This document shows positions 49,301 to 58,116 of a stretch of DNA of 64,000 bases, one piece after another. Numbering within the stretch: position 1 is the stretch's first letter; each line of letters begins with the position of its first letter. The position numbers and the translations under genes are program-made. The notes below the pieces were generated by a model. It made no database searches and was not told where the DNA came from. It was given only the letters and a program-made list of their open reading frames with translations. Source of the stretch: a virus (Duplodnaviria > Caudoviricetes); IMG/VR virus record IMGVR_UViG_2901966883_000003, one strand, 5' to 3'.

Positions 49301-52300
49301 CTGCACTTGGCCCAATAGGTACAATCCTTGATGTAGTTGGTTTGTCTTTAGGTTTATTAGAATTAACTGGTGCAAAACCATTTGAGAAAATTCAAAAAGC
49401 AATAGCACCAGCTAAAGCTGCACAAGATAGCTTTAACAGAAGTGTTAACGATAGTTTGTCTTCGTTCCAAAAGGCAAGCAATCAAGTCGACAAGAACCGT
49501 TTAGTTAATGGCAAGGCTGTTGAAACATTAAAGAGTTTCAAGGATATTCAAGATGAAGTTAGCAAAGCTGGAAAAGATGGTAACAATAAGTTTGATAAAG
49601 AGTCATTTGAAAAGATTAAGAGTGATTACAACGCTTTAGCAAAAGCTAATGGCATTAGTCTACGAATTGATGCAAACAACATTCAAATGGCTAATGAGCA
49701 ATTAGATGAGTTGCAACGTAGATTGCGTGAATTAGACTTTAGTTCTATTGGAAAAGTTACTGACAAGATAAGTGATGAATTAAAAGCAATAGATAAGGCT
49801 AACAACGCAAAAGATGACGCAATAAAAGGTAGCGGTGCTGTTGATAAAGCCAAGAAACAGGCAATTTCTGACTTAGAAAAACAGAAGAAACAAGCTATAA
49901 AAGACCTGGGTGCTGTACCTAGTTCTTTCGATAAAGAGGCAAAAGACAGATATGACTCTCGAAAACGTCAAATAGAAACAGATTTTGCGGAAAAAGAGGG
50001 TGACGTTAATAATAGGTCTAACGCTTCTTATCTAAAGAACGGATATTGGGCTAAACAATTCTGGGATAGCAAAGAGGGTAGAGATTATAATGGAACTGTT
50101 GCACAAGAACGTGCTAAGGTTCGCTCCCAATTAGAAAGTATGGGAGATTACATTAATCAAGGTAATTTCACCAAGTCTGACTATCAAAGAATGACTACTG
50201 CTCAATTAAAAGACGCAGAAGTGGCACAAGCTAGTAAGGTGTTTAAAGGCAATAGAAACGAACAGATATTACAACGTGCCTTGAACAATATAAAGAATGG
50301 TCGTAATCTAACCAAAGCACAACAAAAAGCGTTAGTTAATAGTGGTGTAGATGGATTAGAAAGTATTTCACGAAATTCTAGTGATTGGTCTGGAAATGAA
50401 GCTGATTTAGCTAGTCAAGCTGTAAAGAATAGTCAAAAGAGCAACAAACAGTCTGAAAAGCAATTAAAGAACATTCTATCTGCTGCTGGATTGTCAGATA
50501 AGCAAGTTAAGTCAGCTATGAACGCATATAAGAAGAGTCCATCCAGTTATATTACTGAAATGGGTAAGAATGGTGAAGTTGGTAAGTCAATGCTTAACCT
50601 TTCTGCTAAGTATGAAAATGCTTATGGCAAGAATTGGAACAAGGCAATGGCAGAACAACAAAAGATTTTGAGTAGCATGTATGGCTCAAAAAACACTGCG
50701 TTTGCTGAGGATTTAACAGACGAAACCACTGGATTACTTGATACAGCTAAGGTTGCCGACTTGTCCAATAACTTTATGAACAAGAATGGTAAGATTGACA
50801 AGGGATTAAGTGGTTATGGTTTCAAGACTGATAAATATGGTAACTTCGACATATCCGCCATTCAAAAACTTTCAAACATAAAAGGTAAGTACATGACTGA
50901 CGCAAGTGGTTCTGCTTATAAGTCAGTTGAAGACCTATTGAGTGATTTAGAAAGTGGTAAAGCTACTGGTACTGTACAAGCCTTAACAGCTGCCTCAATG
51001 GGTAATGGTGCTAAAACTTTAGCTGGTAAAAATGCCACAAAGAAAGGTCGTCAATCACTTGCTAACATGGTATTGGATAAGGGTGAAACAGCTGCTAATA
51101 GCATTTTATCTGATAGTGGTTATGAAAGTGAAGATACAAAAGCTGCTACAAAAGCTATTCAATCATTCAAATCAAGTCTAAAGAATGGTTTTAGTTCTAA
51201 GAGCAAGAAAGATAAGAGTGCTTTAAAAGACGCTATATCTGCTCTTGGTGGTAAAGACAACTTCAAAGACTGGTTAAAAGATAATAAAGACAAGTTCGGC
51301 GAAGATGATACGAAAGCTATTAATAAATATTTGAAGAATAGTGGCAAGTCTGGCAAAGGTAGCAAGAATAAATCGACCCATAATGATGGTTCACGTAAAC
51401 CAGGCGACAACAGCGTTAACGGTGATACAATCCAAGCTGCTATGGCTCGTGACGCTGTTCGCAGAATGAATAAAGGTAAGTCTGATAAGAACCTTGATAA
51501 AGCTACTTACAACATGTTAAAACAGGCTGCTAAGCAAGGTGACGCCAGCTCTAAATCAGCTTTAAAGGCATACGACAAGGCTCTTAAAGACTTTAAGAAA
51601 GCTGATAAGAACAATGATGGTAAGCTAAGCAAAGCAGAACAAAAGAAATATGAACAGTTAGGTAAGAAGAAAGCTGACGCTGAAAATAAAGGTAGACAGG
51701 CTGAAAACAAAAAGAATAAGAAAAAAGAAGACAAGGAAGATACAAAGTCTAATAAGTCTACTAAATCCAGTAAGTCTAAGAAGAAAGATTACTCAGATGA
51801 AAATGGTAAAAAGCGTAAACTCAGCGACTCAAAAGGTAGTAGACTAACAGCCAAAGAGAAACGTGACCTTGACAAGAAAGTTCAAGCTAGACAGAAAGAA
51901 ATGGCAAGGCTTGCCAAGAAGTATAACGCAGCCGATAAGAATAATGACGGTAAGTTATCTGCTAAAGAAAAGCGTAATTTAGCTAAGAAATTAAATGAAG
52001 AAGCTAAGATTGAGGCACAGGCAGCCAAGAAGAAGAGTAGTAAGTCTAGTTCTAGTTCCAAGTCTGCATCAAGTAAAGCCAAATCTAACAGTAAACAAAA
52101 GGCTATTAAAGTGCCTATCAAGGGTGAAGACAAAACCAAAGATACACTTAATAAAATTAAGTCTAAGGGTAAAAAGTCTAATATCAAAGTACCTATTAAA
52201 GGCGAGGATAAAACTAAGGATACGCTTAGCAAAATTAAATCTAAAGGCAAAAAAGCAAATATCAAAGTCCCTATCAAAGGTGAAGATAAAACTAAAGGTA

Positions 52301-55300
52301 CGATGGATAAGATTAAGTCCAAAGGTAAGGGGCAAAAGATAAAGATACCTGTTACTGCCGAAGACAAAACTGGTGATGGTATAAGCAAGATTAAATCTAA
52401 GGTTCAAAATATCAAGGCTAAGATACCTATTACTGCAGAAGATAAGACTGGTGATACAATTTCAGGTATCAAGAGTAAAATCACTGGTGTTAAGGCTCAA
52501 ATTAGTATTACAGCCAAAGATGATACAGCCTCAACAATATCTAGTATTCAAAGTTCGGTACAAGGACTTAAGGCAGAAGTAACCATCACCGCTGACGACC
52601 AAGCAAGTTCTGTTATTGATACTGTTAAGAGTGCGATTGACTCAATTCCACCTAGCCATAATACGGTTATTAGTGTTACTGGTGCAGAGGCAGCCGCAGC
52701 TGCAGCGACAAACGTAGCTAATGCTGTTAATAGTATTCCATCAGAAAAGAGTGTGTCAATTAGTGTTACAAAATCTGAAACAGTGACTGTAACAAAGAAA
52801 AACCATTCTGTTGGTATTAGTAGCTCGCTTGGTATATTGGGTAATGTTGACGCAAGCTACGCTGTAAATCCAAATCCATTCCGTTCTATGTCTGTGGCAA
52901 CCGATAATCCAGATGTGGTAAGTGCCATGAATGGTACTGCTGCTAATATGGGAATTAGAGATTATTCTGACGCTTCCGATGATACAAAGGTAAATGAAGA
53001 TTACTGGAGATACATGGGTAAGGAACTCTACAAAGGTTTACCATTAGATGAACAAGCGTCTAAATTGGAAAATGCTGTAACGCAAGCTGACGAAGATATG
53101 AATAAATTGATTAATATCGCACGTCAAAAGATTGATGTAGATAGAAAGCAATTAGCATATCAAAACGAAATGCGTGGTGCATATCAAAACCAATTAAATG
53201 ATGTTATGGGTAAATTACGTGGATATGGTTTCCGTACGAATGGTAACCAAATCACTAACTTAGACATCGCTAAGAACTTCAAAGGTGATAAGGCAAGTAA
53301 GGTTGATGAGTTGTTGAGTACCTACCAAAATGTATATCAAAACCTATCTGATGTAACTAAGAAGATAGATGAATTGAATACAGATATTTGGCAACAAAAC
53401 AAGAACATTAAAGATTACCAAGAAGAAATTGAGTCACAAGCTATTGAAAAGGCTCAGCGTGAATTGGAAATGGTGCAACGTTCAGTTGAATACTCCAAGA
53501 ATTTGGCAGATAGGGTAATCGATTCCTTGAGTGAAAAAGATTACGCTATGAAGTTAGGTTTCAGTGCAAAGGAAATTAATGAACAATCAGCTGGTTTAGA
53601 GAAATTAATAGGTCAATTCAATAAACTATCTGCTATGACATTCTCAAAGAAGGAACAAGCAGAGAAGATTGAAGATAGCTTAAATGATTTAAGACAAACT
53701 ATCTTAGATACTGCTGATAGCGTATTGGAATTACAAAACAATATGAAACAAGCAGAAATCGACCAATATACAGAAAACCTAACATCATTCACTGATACGA
53801 TTAATAACAATATTGACCGTTTGAAGTCTAATGTACAACAATTACAAGATGGATTGTTGAGTGGTACAACGTTTGATGATTTATTGAGTTCTAATCTAGC
53901 TGTTACTGATTTTGAGCAACAATCTGCTTTATCAAGACAAATGCAACAACGTATTGATTTAGAAAAGCAATTAGATAGTGCTATGGACGCTTTTGCCAAG
54001 AAGAATGTTGATAGACAAAACAATGTTGCTGCAGCTCAATTAAGAGTTGAACAAAATAAATATGCTCAAATGCTTAACCTTGCAAAAGATTATGCTAAAG
54101 GGTATGTAGGTGAAATCAATACTAAGTTTGCTACTTATGCAACACCAACGGGTCAAGCTAACTTAAATGATATTACTATTGGTGGAGGTCAACGTAGTGT
54201 TGAATATACCAAAGCAATGGTTAAATACCAAGATGAGTTAGTTAAATTGCGTGAAGAATACAATAAGCAACTTAAAGCTGCTGCAAATGACGAGCAACGT
54301 TCAAGAATTAATCAGAAGTTTGCTGTTCAACAAATGGATATGCAACGTGAGTTATACCAACAAATTATTAATAGTAATTTACAAGCTATTGATGATATGC
54401 AAAAGAAACTCAAGACGGAAGATTTGACAACAGAACAACGTCAAACATTAAAAGAAAGTATTGCACAATATGAAAAAGATAATATTGACGCTCAAAACAA
54501 TATTAAGGATATTATCAAGGAAAGATTTGAGTATGAAAATACACTTATTCAAGACCAATTAGATAAATACCAAAAGGTTACAGATACAGTAAGCAACTTA
54601 GTAACATTGGCTAAGACCTTACAAATGCAACCAGCAACTCAAGCTAAGTTGTTAGAGCAACAATACAAGTCTATTGAAAAGCAATACAACACCTATATTG
54701 CATTAGCTAACAAGCTAAGAGAGCAACAATCTGGATATGGTGTAAACTCATTTGAATGGAACACATTGCAAAAACAAATTGATGAAATGGACTCAAGAGT
54801 AAATCAATCTATTGCTGATTTATTGGAGGCTTCACGTTCACAATTTGAAAATACAATGGAGGCTACATCTAAGGAATTTGAAAAATCTATCAATGGTGGA
54901 CGTACTGCTGATAGAACTAAATTTGAAGATGACATCTGGATTGATGGTGTATCTAAGCAACTTAAACTAGAACAATTAAGACAAAAGTCTATTGAGTTAG
55001 AAAATGAAGTTGTGAAGAAACGTATTGAGGCTTTGGACGCTCAATCAAGAATGTCTAAGATACAAGCTGATTACGTAGATAAACAAATAGATGTGTTAAA
55101 TGCACAACAGGCTTTGGATAATACGTTAGGTAAACGTGATACTAAGGTATTAACACAAGGGGAAGACGGCAAGTTTAATTGGACTTACATGGCTAACCAA
55201 GATGATGTTGATACTGCACGAGAAAACTTAACACAAGCTAAAGTAGACATGGAAGATTACAAGAAACAGATGAAATCACAATTTGTTGACGCTGTTGAGA

Positions 55301-55794
55301 AAGTAATTGACGGTGCAAAGACAGGCGAATTGAATATTGATGAAGTTAAGACACGACTACAGCAATTACAAGACGCTTATGGTGTTGGTATTTTAGATGA
55401 TATTCCAGAATACAACGCTGGACAGCTTGAAAACATTATCCAACAATATACTGATTATGTGAATAGAAATAAGGACATTTTAGGCAAGTATGGTGACTCT
55501 AAAGCTGTTGGTAGCTTAACAGGTTACCAAGAAATCTTACAAGGGTTCACAGACCAATTCAAAGTGGTTGGTAAGGAAATCAGTGAAATGTTCGGTCAAC
55601 AATTAAGAGACGCTCTTAAATTAGACCCTAACCTTTCACCTAGAATACCTAACGCACCAACACAAACATTGTCTATGGTTATTCAACATCAAACATTAGA
55701 GTTCCCTAATGTAACAGACCCAACAGGATTTGAAGAAGCTATTAAGAACTTACCACAGATTGCTAAGCAACAAGTTCAATCTAAATCACTATAA
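46375..55794 (+). CDS. tail tape measure protein (TP901-type core)
   Basis: 3139 aa, largely helical; core ITRVTKV...MNQVSNK..I...DLGQA...GRSIKAI. Confidence 0.92.
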   Translation: MASQNLNIKVKLDFDETSLKNLNLGTVRVDPDVNHFKSKLRSALNGNFKITPKINTKGISNQLNNIKNDMREFRNAAKDPIKINFDVDKDILSDLAVVSRQLEKIQKASASATKMKLFGMSGISKTGDDLSTLVTAARKANKEITALEAKKKALESTGRSLSDKDALKLGDFQKQAQEYSNAIEKIISSRERLEKQALQSTFKNPNKPTGEEKQALNALNEKYAALKAQAQEYQKISASQKIVTENNAIQKAQLEAQTQFTKERARAEKDLIKSGERLIKLKQERVKLDQLEKESQQTVREEDRKAALEREIGHKQEEYNELAKKVKEYNPDLVKEMGRRQHGNSSEIQSARAEGTIVAGIRGREEAYKELEGSLKRQVSLYKQLANAENSQAKRQARRNIEDERNKEANLRQRIKDEGWTSAAHERRVSALSEQVGVTGRQARRQRRTRVGFNATMDVYNMAQQGAYAVASAVQGISEVDAAITRVTKVANAPQKEIEAFSKSIYKNASAVGKTAPEYADAVEQWITTGKSLKQSIGLAKDSVMGSFVGNVDVNDMVKYMAVPLNSFRKEGLKSKDVINSMNQVSNKNAIEMEDLGQAYSKASSVVASTGTTFSQLTGMITGAQTATRAGGDVVGRSIKAISLNFSKMSSGVTATDKKRSEFFHGLGVDLKTSDGKMKSTYQIMNDLSKVWGKLSKQQKSDAALYAAGKEHSNQFTGMLDNWKTVQKAMRESQGQVNLVDKGHGSAFQEFEKQQQSVQAHLATLKNTWGSLINDIFGGRKGTNNIIDGATGLLSTLDNLANNKIFRNTAMFTAAAVGIGTLHKAISGLALSARELTASKWDGLIAMMNGEGISGYGKEVQARWHEFRGIKDDYSTRRKKQEETYRKQKVRDELDDVLDRNGYVGSGYTSGRKEKPKKQKVKVVDTQEVENEGKAIKKTARETESFVATTSNAAREGTKFGRVLGKVGSFAGLALTALGPIGTILDVVGLSLGLLELTGAKPFEKIQKAIAPAKAAQDSFNRSVNDSLSSFQKASNQVDKNRLVNGKAVETLKSFKDIQDEVSKAGKDGNNKFDKESFEKIKSDYNALAKANGISLRIDANNIQMANEQLDELQRRLRELDFSSIGKVTDKISDELKAIDKANNAKDDAIKGSGAVDKAKKQAISDLEKQKKQAIKDLGAVPSSFDKEAKDRYDSRKRQIETDFAEKEGDVNNRSNASYLKNGYWAKQFWDSKEGRDYNGTVAQERAKVRSQLESMGDYINQGNFTKSDYQRMTTAQLKDAEVAQASKVFKGNRNEQILQRALNNIKNGRNLTKAQQKALVNSGVDGLESISRNSSDWSGNEADLASQAVKNSQKSNKQSEKQLKNILSAAGLSDKQVKSAMNAYKKSPSSYITEMGKNGEVGKSMLNLSAKYENAYGKNWNKAMAEQQKILSSMYGSKNTAFAEDLTDETTGLLDTAKVADLSNNFMNKNGKIDKGLSGYGFKTDKYGNFDISAIQKLSNIKGKYMTDASGSAYKSVEDLLSDLESGKATGTVQALTAASMGNGAKTLAGKNATKKGRQSLANMVLDKGETAANSILSDSGYESEDTKAATKAIQSFKSSLKNGFSSKSKKDKSALKDAISALGGKDNFKDWLKDNKDKFGEDDTKAINKYLKNSGKSGKGSKNKSTHNDGSRKPGDNSVNGDTIQAAMARDAVRRMNKGKSDKNLDKATYNMLKQAAKQGDASSKSALKAYDKALKDFKKADKNNDGKLSKAEQKKYEQLGKKKADAENKGRQAENKKNKKKEDKEDTKSNKSTKSSKSKKKDYSDENGKKRKLSDSKGSRLTAKEKRDLDKKVQARQKEMARLAKKYNAADKNNDGKLSAKEKRNLAKKLNEEAKIEAQAAKKKSSKSSSSSKSASSKAKSNSKQKAIKVPIKGEDKTKDTLNKIKSKGKKSNIKVPIKGEDKTKDTLSKIKSKGKKANIKVPIKGEDKTKGTMDKIKSKGKGQKIKIPVTAEDKTGDGISKIKSKVQNIKAKIPITAEDKTGDTISGIKSKITGVKAQISITAKDDTASTISSIQSSVQGLKAEVTITADDQASSVIDTVKSAIDSIPPSHNTVISVTGAEAAAAAATNVANAVNSIPSEKSVSISVTKSETVTVTKKNHSVGISSSLGILGNVDASYAVNPNPFRSMSVATDNPDVVSAMNGTAANMGIRDYSDASDDTKVNEDYWRYMGKELYKGLPLDEQASKLENAVTQADEDMNKLINIARQKIDVDRKQLAYQNEMRGAYQNQLNDVMGKLRGYGFRTNGNQITNLDIAKNFKGDKASKVDELLSTYQNVYQNLSDVTKKIDELNTDIWQQNKNIKDYQEEIESQAIEKAQRELEMVQRSVEYSKNLADRVIDSLSEKDYAMKLGFSAKEINEQSAGLEKLIGQFNKLSAMTFSKKEQAEKIEDSLNDLRQTILDTADSVLELQNNMKQAEIDQYTENLTSFTDTINNNIDRLKSNVQQLQDGLLSGTTFDDLLSSNLAVTDFEQQSALSRQMQQRIDLEKQLDSAMDAFAKKNVDRQNNVAAAQLRVEQNKYAQMLNLAKDYAKGYVGEINTKFATYATPTGQANLNDITIGGGQRSVEYTKAMVKYQDELVKLREEYNKQLKAAANDEQRSRINQKFAVQQMDMQRELYQQIINSNLQAIDDMQKKLKTEDLTTEQRQTLKESIAQYEKDNIDAQNNIKDIIKERFEYENTLIQDQLDKYQKVTDTVSNLVTLAKTLQMQPATQAKLLEQQYKSIEKQYNTYIALANKLREQQSGYGVNSFEWNTLQKQIDEMDSRVNQSIADLLEASRSQFENTMEATSKEFEKSINGGRTADRTKFEDDIWIDGVSKQLKLEQLRQKSIELENEVVKKRIEALDAQSRMSKIQADYVDKQIDVLNAQQALDNTLGKRDTKVLTQGEDGKFNWTYMANQDDVDTARENLTQAKVDMEDYKKQMKSQFVDAVEKVIDGAKTGELNIDEVKTRLQQLQDAYGVGILDDIPEYNAGQLENIIQQYTDYVNRNKDILGKYGDSKAVGSLTGYQEILQGFTDQFKVVGKEISEMFGQQLRDALKLDPNLSPRIPNAPTQTLSMVIQHQTLEFPNVTDPTGFEEAIKNLPQIAKQQVQSKSL

Positions 55795-55948
55795 TTAGTT
55801 GGCTCATATCTCTACTGTAAAAGGTGGGGATATGGGAGTACATATAATAAGTATTTTGATAATTGCAAATAAGTAATTTGATATTTTTGCAATATAAAAT
55901 ACGGATTTTATTAATCACAAATTTTTGAAGAAAGGAATGATATTAAAT

Positions 55949-57076
55949 TTGACACAACCAATTTTAAATATGGTGTCGAACTTTGACGCTACTGAAGAAC
56001 ATACATTAACTTATATGTATCTAGGGACAGAACGTTCGACAGTCAATCAAGTATCTATCCGTCCAGATGAACCTAATTCATCGCCAGTCTATACAGAAAC
56101 TAGAACAAGTTTTGACAAAGTTCATATTGTTCCTAGAAATGCTTTGAAGAATGGACTGAGTTATTTAGCTAAGGTTCGTGTTCAATTAGACAATGGGACA
56201 TGGACTGAATGGTCTGCTGAAATAGAATTTATGTGTTTGACTAAACCAAACTTCTATTTTGAACAAATTGGTAATAGCAAGTATGTCTATACAAATGAAA
56301 TGATGTTAAGTGTATTGTATGCACAAGAACAATCAGAAAAAGTAGAAACATACCAATTTATCTTACAAGACTATAACCATGTCAACATTCAAGAATACCC
56401 AGTACGTATTCCAACAGCAGATGACCCATTCAGATTTTCAGAACATATTAAAGGTTTACAAAAGGGTAAATTGTATTATGCAATAGTTAGAGTAACTACA
56501 AAGCATGGTATGGTCTGGGAAAGTCAAGGCAAGGAATTTGTTCCACAATATGTTATACCTACACTTAATTCAGTTGTACAGCCAGAATTAAATGAAGATG
56601 AAGGACAAATACAAGTTCATGCGTTCTTGAAACAAATCTTAGGTACACCAGCTAAACCTTACATTCCTAATCGTGCTACTGATAGTGATTATCACTATGA
56701 TTATTGGAGTCCAAGCGGTCAAACAGACGCTCATTACGTCATAATTCCAAAGGATAATCCATTAATGTTTACTCGTTTGGGCATGGCTAAGTCAAGTGAT
56801 TTTATAGCTAAATTATGGTGTGCTGGAGTAGATAATGGCTTATTCCTTCAATTTTCTACTAAGACAGATGAAAAGAACCCAACTGGTACTGGGGTGCAAA
56901 TCAATTTTGTTAAGCATGATGATTACATCACTATGGAAAAGAGCTTTGGTAGAGTTAAATCTCGTGCTAGGTCTAATGTAGTTCAAGGTCTAGGGCAACA
57001 ACCATTCTATCTCTATATCAAAGTAACAGAATATAGGGTGCAGATGATAATCGAAAAGATAGGTTACGGAGGTTAG
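55949..57076 (+). CDS. baseplate or distal tail protein with FN3-like domains
   Basis: After tape measure; TTG start after GAAAGGA; W.EWS and YYA.VRV motifs. Confidence 0.65.
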   Translation: MTQPILNMVSNFDATEEHTLTYMYLGTERSTVNQVSIRPDEPNSSPVYTETRTSFDKVHIVPRNALKNGLSYLAKVRVQLDNGTWTEWSAEIEFMCLTKPNFYFEQIGNSKYVYTNEMMLSVLYAQEQSEKVETYQFILQDYNHVNIQEYPVRIPTADDPFRFSEHIKGLQKGKLYYAIVRVTTKHGMVWESQGKEFVPQYVIPTLNSVVQPELNEDEGQIQVHAFLKQILGTPAKPYIPNRATDSDYHYDYWSPSGQTDAHYVIIPKDNPLMFTRLGMAKSSDFIAKLWCAGVDNGLFLQFSTKTDEKNPTGTGVQINFVKHDDYITMEKSFGRVKSRARSNVVQGLGQQPFYLYIKVTEYRVQMIIEKIGYGG

Positions 57077-57080
57077 AAAA

Positions 57081-58100
57081 ATGATAGTAGGACATACGTT
57101 TTTTGGTAGAGGAATGGAGGGAGTAGTATATGACACAGCAATCCCAACAGATGAACTTGATGAAGTATGGCTCGGAGAAGGAATGTATGACGAAGTGTTT
57201 GTGTCCGTTGATACCAGCATTAATTCCACAAATGAAAAGCCAACTGGATGGCAACTCAAAACTATCATGGACGCAAAGTTTAATGGTAGCTTGGAAGCTG
57301 GTTCGATTGATGGTGGTGGGCATAAAGTAGTTAAACTCCAATGTTATAGACGTGAATACAAAGCAGTTGATAGTGATTGGACACTTATTGCTCAATGGGA
57401 TTACGACCAAGATTACAATACTTATACAATCACAGATAGGTTTATTCAAAATGGTAAGACATATCAATATGCTATTGTTCCTTTATCTAAGGATATTCAA
57501 GGGGATAAGGTTATGTCAGAACCAATCGCAGCAGTGTTTAAAGGGAACTTCATATCAGATTTGCAACACAATTATGCTATGAACTTAAACTTTAGATTTG
57601 GTGATTTAAGATATAACAAAAACTCAAGCATTCAAACAACTCTTTCGGGACAATTTCCTATCGTAACACAAGGGGCTCAAAATTACCGTTCTGGTACAGC
57701 AACATTCCTCCCATTAACAAAACAACAAGAATTAGGCTTGAGAAATAGCCTAGATACAAAAGAAGAATTGAGAAATAGAAATCAAATTATCGAGTTCTTA
57801 AACAATGGTAAGATTAAGGTTATTAGACGTGATGACGGTGATATTATGGCAGTTGCTACAAATGATATTAACTTACAACCATTATCAGATAGCTTTGATG
57901 AATTATCTAACGTCACATTCTCATTCACAGAAGTAGGTAAATTAGATTACAATACAATGGAAAAATCTGGTTTAATTGCAACAGCTGGTTTGTCTAACTT
58001 TACTTATGATGAACATGGCGAAATCATCTTTGACGATACAAACTTGATTAAAGATGTGAATAAGAGTAGAAATGCTCAAAAGGTTTTAAATGATATTTAA
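57081..58100 (+). CDS. baseplate or distal tail protein
   Basis: TDRF....TYQYAIVP FN3-like motif; position. Confidence 0.65.
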   Translation: MIVGHTFFGRGMEGVVYDTAIPTDELDEVWLGEGMYDEVFVSVDTSINSTNEKPTGWQLKTIMDAKFNGSLEAGSIDGGGHKVVKLQCYRREYKAVDSDWTLIAQWDYDQDYNTYTITDRFIQNGKTYQYAIVPLSKDIQGDKVMSEPIAAVFKGNFISDLQHNYAMNLNFRFGDLRYNKNSSIQTTLSGQFPIVTQGAQNYRSGTATFLPLTKQQELGLRNSLDTKEELRNRNQIIEFLNNGKIKVIRRDDGDIMAVATNDINLQPLSDSFDELSNVTFSFTEVGKLDYNTMEKSGLIATAGLSNFTYDEHGEIIFDDTNLIKDVNKSRNAQKVLNDI

Positions 58101-58116
58101 GGTGGTGTAAGTTTTA

